64,000 nucleotides of DNA, from the NCBI GenBank assembly GCA_964057225.1, contig OZ059898.1:15190001-15254000 (forward strand), written 5' to 3'. The translations under genes and the position numbers were made by a program. Below, piece by piece: positions 55,534-64,000 of the stretch (the stretch's first letter is position 1; each line of letters starts with the position of its first letter). The notes below the pieces were generated by a model. It ran no database searches. It was not told the origin of the DNA and was given only the letters and a program-made list of their open reading frames with translations. The stretch is from Auanema rhodensis (lineage: Eukaryota; Animalia; Nematoda).

Positions 55534-58500
55534 AAAAAGGTTTCTAAAATCATTGCAATATTCTCGTGTAAAATAGTATGTTACCTAATTTTGCCTTATT
55601 CAGCATTAATTGCCTTACATTTTGTTATGCTCCAAGCGAGTTTCGATTAATAATGTTCACTTCAAGGTAAAATCCGTCATAATTTGGATCATAGTTCGTT
55701 GATTTTCGCTGATCCCATGATTGCTTTCTCTTTCTCCCCAATTTTTTTACTTTCCATAAGTTACTGATGTTTTCTTTACAATTTTTGTTGCGTGCCATTT
55801 GTTCGAAAGATTCTTACAAGAATCTCCTCTGCTTGTCGTTTACTGAGTTTAATTAATTCACTCTGGCCAATTTGCTTGTTTTAAAAATGTCACAGCTAAG
55901 CTGTGACTTTCAGTTTGTATGATGCGCAATCTAGGTATATATTGTCTATATTTGAACATTTATATGTGCCTCGATCTACAGCGGCTGTTTTTAACATAAA
56001 TCATGAATCATTAATGTTTCTAAAGTTTCAAACCTATTTTCTAAACATTAATCACCAGAAGAAAGTGAAGGAACAAGCAATTCCTTGTTGGGTCGTATAG
56101 TTTGTATAACCGCAACTCCTGTATTTCTTGTTGTGGACTGCTAGGACCGTACAAACCAAAGGTCACTGTTATAGATTTTGTAAGATAAGACGATCTAAAC
56201 AAGAATAGCAAGCGAGACCATCTCAGATCATCTGGTGGCCAAATACATTTTTATTTTAATGATTTGAATTCAAAAAGGACGTATGAAATGTTTGTTTTAA
56301 ATGCAACAGGTGGTTTGTGGGCTGATTGAACTATGATATTTCCAGACGATGATTCATCCTGCTCAACAAATAAAGATGGAGAAAAATAGTTTTATGTGTC
56401 AATTAAATTTGGAATATTAAGTTGAAAAAAACTTTTTTTTAAAAGAATTTTTCATAAATTAAGGTTAAATCTAATACATGAGTTGTATTGTTATCATAAT
56501 AAGATATGTGGATATAACATAAAATATTTTCTTTGAAGAGAAATAAGGACAAATTTTGAGAAACGAGTATTAATCCTGAATTCAAGTACCAAATTGAAAT
56601 AGAGAATTTTTTTTTATGTAATAAAAAAATTATTATTTTATTAAAAAATGTGGACTCTATTAATAAATTCAATAAATTTTAAAATATTCAACATTTTTGA
56701 AAAAAACTTGAAATTCTGGTTTTGAGCTAAGTTTTGAGCTTTTCAAGTAGTTTAGATTATAGATAATAATTTCAAGATATTGCAAGAATATAGCTTTATA
56801 TTCTAAAAAATTATTTTGTTTAGGAAAATGGAAAGAAATGGTTATTGGAGTTAACCCAATATCATGCACTGTTATGTTAGTTGAACATGAATGTTAAAGC
56901 ATTGTCGTCTTCACTGTAACTCGAAGCTCTTTCAGTTTCAGTTTTTTCCACAAATCTATTTTTTTTAATTTTGAAGTTTGTAGTTCAAACCGTAAGTGAA
57001 TTAGAGACTTGAATCATAGATCATTTGCTGGTGTACAAGCTGTTAGCCTACTGAGTCAGCTTCGTTGTTCCATTTTCTTTGGGTAGTTGTGACTATGGTT
57101 TTCAGCATGAAGCTATATCATCAATGAGATGTCTGATATTCGGTCCAACTGTGACCAATGATCTGATATTCAACTATACATCAACTTTTATTTGATAAAT
57201 AGCCATTAAATTGGAATTATTTATTGAAGAACAGCACGTTTATAGAAGATATATTTTATTTTTTTTCTTATGAAACTTCCGCAAAATAAAATTAGAATGT
57301 TAAGCGAATACGTGAAGCTTACGTGGATTGTTACGTCGGCGTCATTTTCATCTTTTCATCACAATTATAGTTATATTTAGAAAATGGAACGGTTGATATC
57401 TTCAAATAAAATAAGAAAAGAAGAGTATAAATAGTAAATCTAAAAGACATGTTTGGGTATTATTCACAAGAACATCATGAAAATATTTATTTTTAATTAT
57501 AAATTAATAAAATATTATTAATATATTAAATTTTATTATAATTAATGGTATTTTTAAAAATATTTTAATTTAAACTATATGCATATTCCTATTTATTTTA
57601 ATTAGATCATCATATCTTAAACTTTGTATTGTTTTTTTTATAAAAAATGAATAATTTTAATATTTTTTTTTTAATTTCATCAAATCCAAGCTGGACGTTA
57701 AATTATATTTTTTCACATAATATCCACACAGAATGGAATTATAAATTTTGATCCAACATGCAGATAATATGTTCCTATCTTGTTCTTTTCGACATCAGAT
57801 GTTGATTTTCCAGTTTGACACGATTAATCTATTTATTAAGTTAAGTTCAGATTACCATCAATCTCTCAATCAATAAATGTATTATTATTTTATTTATTTT
57901 TTGAGTTACTATTTGATTTTAATTGAAAAAATATCTATCAATCAACATTTCCTTCTCTCTTCTCTGTTAATGTCCTCAAAAGATGTCACAATTGTTTTCA
58001 TTTTACTTTGTATATGTCTCAATTTCAACTAAATCCAGTTATATTTGATCAAATAAATAAAAAGAAAAAAAAGAAAAGAAGAAAAAGCTTAATTGAGGAT
58101 ATAGATATTTACAGAACGTCAAACATCAATATATTATATGTTATTTTGTACGTCAAACACTTACCTTTTCGTAAAAATTTTGTTTGTTTCAAGATTTTCA
58201 ACGTAAAAACTCATATTTATATTCAAAATTGTCTCTAATTTGTTTGTTATTTTACTGTTTTCTTTATTCATTTTCTTTCTCTTTCTCTGTGTATCTCCCC
58301 CTCTGTTTTAAGCTTCACTTCCATTTTTTCTTGTTCGAGTTCAACATGATGCAACTTTACCAATTTCTTTGCATCCGTCCAAAAGACTATTTCACTGCTG
58401 ACTATGTGAATTAGATGCCTAAAACCTAGTTCACTTAGCTGTTACTGAAGCTTTGTTCAGTCTTCAAAGTTCCTCAAAATGACATAATCGGACAAAACTT

Positions 58501-59243
58501 GAAATTCGAATTCTTTCTTATTTAGCTATTTTACTTTACTCTAATTCTATGTTTTGCTTCTAATTTTTTCAAATTCTTGACCATTCTCACTAAATATATT
58601 GAATCTCATACTCATTTTACGTAATTAAGTTAGCACAAAACATCTTTTTTCGATAAACAAATGAACAAACATTTATTTGAACTTGTTTACATCCAACTTA
58701 AACTTGGCTATAAACTGATAAAATTGATCCGTTTATATTCCAAAAATCATTGCAATCAGGGTATATAATACATGACCAATTACGGTAATAAATGAGTACA
58801 TGAGTACTCAGATTAAACCAACTTTTCTGTTTTTTTCATCCATTCGCCCTCGGTATGTCGTTGTTTCTGAGGCATATCAGATCCATGAACAATATAATTC
58901 GCCGCTTTTACTTGATGAGTATTAGACGTTTTTTAAAGTTTTTATCTATTTTTATTTTATTTTTTATAATAAATGTATTGAAGTTGCTAAGTTAATCAAA
59001 CTACAGTTTCAAATATTTGTTGTTTTTATAATAAAAAACATCCGGTGAATAAGATGATTATAGTGGAACTGCTTTCTATCTTCCTCTTTCTTACCAAAGA
59101 TCCTTTCTCATCATTTAATTTTTCCCTCTATATCTATATATTATGCTTATCTGTGTTTTTTCCACACATACACACAGAAATAAGAGAACCCTCTTCTTTA
59201 TCTGTGGTTATTTCTTATTCTCTCCAATCTACTCTTGCTATTA

Positions 59244-59285
<42 letters not shown>

Positions 59286-59811
59286 ATCTTTTGAATCTCC
59301 TTATGTACTAAGAACAGTGATATAAATTATTTTTCAATTCACATCATGAACACCAACTCGATTAGGTCCCCCCCCACCAATTCATTTGCCAGTGGCTATT
59401 TTATTGGCGGAAAATGTGTGATTACACACACTTTGTCTGTGTGGTCATTCTACAAGAGAAATCAGTGTTTTTTGGTATTGTTTATATGATTATCCTCATT
59501 AATATCCATAAGTCATTGATGTATTATATTCAAAAAAACTAATAAGAAGAAGAGCATTTAATGTTTGTTTTAAATATTTTATTGTTATGTACTTATATAC
59601 TAATACTTTTATAAAATATGTTTGGTTTTGTTATTTCTTTTTTTTTTTACAATATAAAATGATTTATTATTCTTTCTCATAATCTCTTTTTTACCTTTTT
59701 TCTTGCTTTTTCTACTTTCTTTTTTCATTTTTTTCTTATTCAAATATTTCTTTTCAGAAGAATTATTTAGTCATATATCCTGTAGACGTATATTTCTACG
59801 TTGATTTCGTA

Positions 59812-61472
59812 ATGAATCAGGTAAGTCATTTCATTTCTATTCGTTAATCCCTTCTCCCCTCATCAACTACTTCTTGTTCTAATTAATTTTTGTCAATCTT
59901 AGTCAGAATATGACGCGAAATTTGGGTTTAATCCTGAACCAAAAGCCTCACTGAAGTCAATTGTGCGAAAACAGAAGGCAAATCTATTCAATGACTTCTG
60001 TACTGTAAAAGGTTATTGAACTTTCACCATTATGTAATAAATTAGATTTTATAGGTTTAAGTGGCATAATACAACGACGAATACCTGTAATACGATGGCT
60101 TGGTCGATATAAATTCAAAAAGAATGCTCTACAGGATGTACTAGCTGGAACTACTGTCGGCATCTACAATATTCCACAAGGTATGTGCAAAAGAGCAAAA
60201 CTATTTGCCGCCAGCAGGGGTCGAACCTGCGACCTTGGGCTTATTAGACCCACGCTCTAACCGACTGAGCTATGGCGGCTCATGGTGACAGGCATCTACC
60301 AGTTAGCTAACTGTTCGATAGCAATCTTGATGTTTAGGACTAGCATATTCTGTGTTAGCAACTCTTCCACCAGTTTATGGCTTGTACGCTTCGTTCTTCC
60401 CGCCACTTTTCTACTTCCTTTTCGGCTCATCACTCCACAGCTCCGTAGGTCAGTTCGCAGCACACTGACACGTCTAATGTCAGCATTTCTGCCACGCAAA
60501 CTGGTCAAACGGCTTGCTCTTTTAACTTTGAAGATGTAGTTTCGAATGATAAGATAACTTTGGACATTTTTCTGACGCAATATATGAGACTTTAGGGGTA
60601 GACGGCTCAAAAAATTTGTAATCAAGCGGGTGGATGATACGTTCGTTATCTGTTTTGATAAATAATTGTGTATTTTATTCCGTTTTCACTTGAATTGAAT
60701 GTAACTTTCTTATCAAATAGAGGAAGTTAGGGAGAATTTATAATTCATTTATAAAAGTTTTGAATGAGAAACATTGTAATTTCCTAATTGTTTCAGGCGT
60801 TTTCTCTCTAACATGTTTGATGGTAGGACATACTCGTTCAAATATCCTTCCTGATTTCGCTAATGGAACTACGGCCACAGAGTACAACGGTCAGTATAGC
60901 AAGCAGTATAATAACATTTCAATAAAATTGTCTTCTTTCTTTGATTTTAATTATTTTCAGGAATTCAAAACTTATCGCCGACGGATGTTGTAGTTGCTTT
61001 GGCCTTTGTTACAGGTGCTGTACAGGTTTGACTAAAACTATGTGATTGCTCTTAACTATATACTGTTTGCAGCTCTTTATGGCTATTCTTCATCTCGATT
61101 TTCTAACAAGCTATCTAAGTGATCCAGCAGTATCTGGGTTGAACTTTGGAGCAGCATGTCATGCGTTTGTAAGTCAAATGCCAGCAATATTCGGCATCAA
61201 AATACATTCATCAAAGAAATTCTTCTTCAAGCTTTTCTACGTAAGAATCTCAAGTACAAGAAAACAATTTTTTCAAAAATAAATTTTTTCAGACATCTGA
61301 AACGATTGTAGAGAATCTGGGGCATCTGAACATTGCTACAACTGTAATATCACTGATCACGATCATAATTCTTATAGCATCTAAGTCATATATAGAACCT
61401 CGAACAAGAAAATTGGGATTTCCATTTCCGACAGAACTGGTTGTGGTACGTATAACTGCTGTCCGTTAACAT

Positions 61473-61518
<46 letters not shown>

Positions 61519-63361
61519 GAAATGAAAATCATTATATTCATGATGATGATGTATGATTCAGATGATTGTAGCTACAATATTCTCAGCTGTAATCGATATG
61601 TATGGAAAGTGGAATGTGAATATTATACATTTAGTTCCCTTAGGGTATCATCATAGAAAATTTAAATAACTTAACAACAACAAACTTTCTTAAGAATGCC
61701 TGAGCCTGTTATGCCAAAGTTTGCTCTAATGCCATATTTGATTAAAGATGCGATCAGTATAGCGATTGTAGCTTATGCTGTAACCGTATCGATGGGAAAA
61801 TTAATGGGACGGAAACATAGATATACTATAGATACTAACCAGGTTAGCTTATTCAGAATCTTAAAAAGGAAATTCATAATGTCTTGAAGGAGTTACTAGC
61901 ACTTGGATTGACTGGAGTTGCTTCTTCCTTCTTCTCCGTTTTTCCTACTTCTACATCACTATCTCGTACTCTGGTAAATGAAGAAAGTGGTGCCAAAACT
62001 CAGGTTTCAAGAGTATATTCGCTGAAATTCATGTAAAAAGCTTAATTTCAGGTTTCTGGCTTAGTTTCCTCATTCATTATCCTTAGTGTCATACTATTTC
62101 TTGGTCCATTACTTGAATCACTACCAATGTGTATACTTAGTTGTATCGTAGTTGTAGCTTTACGATCACTTTTCCTTAAAATCACTGAAGTTCCTCGAAT
62201 TTGGAAATTCTCAAAGTTGGATACTGTCATTTGGGTAACAACAGCTATAGCAACAATCTGCATGGACATCATTGAAGGATTAGTTTGTGGAATGATTGTT
62301 GCCTTATTCCTTGTCATCATTCGAACTCAATGGTAAGAAGATTCTGAAGTATAGCTCATTCTATCATGATTATAGGCCATCACTTGATACTTTGGGTGAA
62401 GTTAGTCCACGTGATTATCGAATAATCGATCGTTATACGGCTTCTAAAGCTCCTAATGCTACTGTACTTCGTTTCGAAGCTCCTCTTATCTTTACTAACG
62501 TAGAAACTTTCAAGAGTGAAATTCGAAAAGCTGTCCAAGTTAATTCTTCCGGTTAGTTTTTCGAAGAAAAAGGTTTTCGTTCTTTTGTCTGAATAACAAC
62601 CGTTTTTGGCGTTGGTTACAATTTGAAATACGTTTCTTCTCACGTAACACGTGGAATTTATACATATTCCACGTATTACGTGAGAAGATACATACAACTA
62701 GCAGTTATTCTAATTAGCATACGTGAAATTATACGTGGAAATTCAAAAAAAGATGATAAATACCTGCTTATCATATAACAATTATGTATATTTAATATAA
62801 TTATAGGATCACATCTTCCGGAAAAACAGTATATCAGTCGAGTTATCGTATTAGATTGTAGTTGTTGGGCTTACACAGATGCTATGGGTGTTGAAGCAGT
62901 TAAAGAAGTAAGTAGATATACATATAGTTAGATTAGTATATACATGTATGATCAGAAAATACTAAAATTAGAAAAACAACCTTCATTAAGCGGATTTTCA
63001 TGTTTTTCTTATTTTTTTTTCAGATTCATGATGAAATGCTCAATAACAATATTCTTCTCATGTTTGCTGACTTAAGAAGTTATGTTCGGATACAGTATGC
63101 TAAAGCAGGATTGTTCAGCACAATGAACGAAGATCAGGTTTAGATTGAACTTTTTTTTGTTTTTTTTTACCTTGAAAAGTTGAAAATCAAACTTGTTTTT
63201 GTTTTTTTTTTCGATAATATTTGAAATATTTGATCATTTTATTTCAGTTCTATCCATCTGTACATGAAGCTTTATTGGCAGCTGCTTCACACTATCTAGC
63301 TGAACCAAATAAATACCGTAAACCATCAGCTGCAGCAGCAGCACCCTTTAATCCAGTTTAA
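59812..63361 (+). CDS. SLC26/SULP anion transporter with STAS domain
   Basis: [12 protein letters not shown]...[37 protein letters not shown]...YLSDPAVSG...[16 protein letters not shown]...[10 protein letters not shown]...[14 protein letters not shown]...FYPSVHEAL. The true start may lie further upstream because the frame is open from 59758. Confidence 0.92.
60206..60279 (-). tRNA. tRNA-Ile (anticodon AAT), intronless
   Basis: Reverse complement GCCGCCATAGCTCAGTCGGTTAGAGCGTGGGTCTAATAAGCCCAAGGTCGCAGGTTCGACCCCTGCTGGCGGCA folds as a full cloverleaf with A and B boxes. A TTTT terminator follows a few nt downstream. Confidence 0.97.
62635..62688. repeat. Near-perfect 23-bp inverted repeat (22/23 match, 8-nt loop) in an SLC26 intron
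   Basis: TCTTCTCACGTAACACGTGGAAT-ttatacat-ATTCCACGTATTACGTGAGAAGA. Confidence 0.9.
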
Positions 63362-64000
63362 TCTTACAACTTTAGCTTGCATTGATGTAAAAATTTAGTT
63401 CAAAATTTACTCAAAACCTAACCTATCGTAATGCTTGTAAATAGATTTGTGATTTGTAGTTATACGAACAAAAAAAACTAAAAAAACCAAAAAGAACTAA
63501 CATAATCGCTAATTCTCATTATCAACTTTGCCAGCATGTTATGGCATCATTTTTAATTTGTATACTTGTATATAGAGACTTTTAAACTATTTTTTAAAAA
63601 AACTATACATATATTCAGATACTTTATATGTGATTTGTTCTCCACTTTATCAGATTCACGGGTTTTTTTTTCTATGAGAATATTTCTCGTGTTTCTTCTA
63701 CTTTACTCCGCATTTTGTGAAACATTTTCTGGAATTTGTATTTGGTTATAAACATATATCTATATAATTAATTTTATAAAACAAAAAACAAAAAGGAAAA
63801 TAGAAATCTTTATTGCTTGTAATGAAAACGACAAAAAAAATGAACTAACAATCCAAAAGTAACTTCATTAACAACTTGGATAAAGTTGCTTAAATTTCCT
63901 ATTAAATAGCATAAATTACATATTTAATAGAAAATTTAATATATTATTTATTTATTTTTCAAAATCAAAATAATAAAAATAATAAAAATCAAAATAATAA

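Noticed and set aside
60282-60625. ORFs of 85 aa (+) and 109 aa (-)
   Set aside because: These are off-frame and antisense shadows of the SLC26 exon 60338-60448.

Overview
AT-rich eukaryotic DNA with many introns of about 45-55 nt and trans-splice-like acceptors just upstream of several start codons. Gene content and tRNA sequence point to a rhabditid nematode. The frequent AAG/TAG 3' splice sites suggest it is not a typical Caenorhabditis. All gene models were spliced by hand. Left block (1-19 kb): sec-16 (minus, runs off the window edge), a C1D/Rrp47 exosome cofactor, a secreted cysteine-cradle-domain-like protein, hda-1 (HDAC1) and an AEX-2-related GPCR. Middle (about 19-46 kb): gene-poor and microsatellite-rich, with a CACGTA hexamer array and one possible orphan exon pair. 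Right block (46-63 kb): a probable neurochondrin-like to icln-1 operon, mop-25, a Cys-type selenoprotein T, mig-2, and an SLC26/SULP transporter hosting an antisense intronic tRNA-Ile(AAT). Most notable: (1) an apparent non-canonical GA-AG intron in mop-25; (2) a pre-miRNA-sized hairpin inside a larger inverted repeat in an icln-1 intron; (3) a dispersed family of CACGT(A/G)-rich arrays and palindromes resembling HRE/E-box sites; (4) three frame-preserving candidate cassette exons and a GC-AG intron in sec-16. No CRISPR array, rRNA or intact transposon was found, and I cannot claim a new biological system with confidence.
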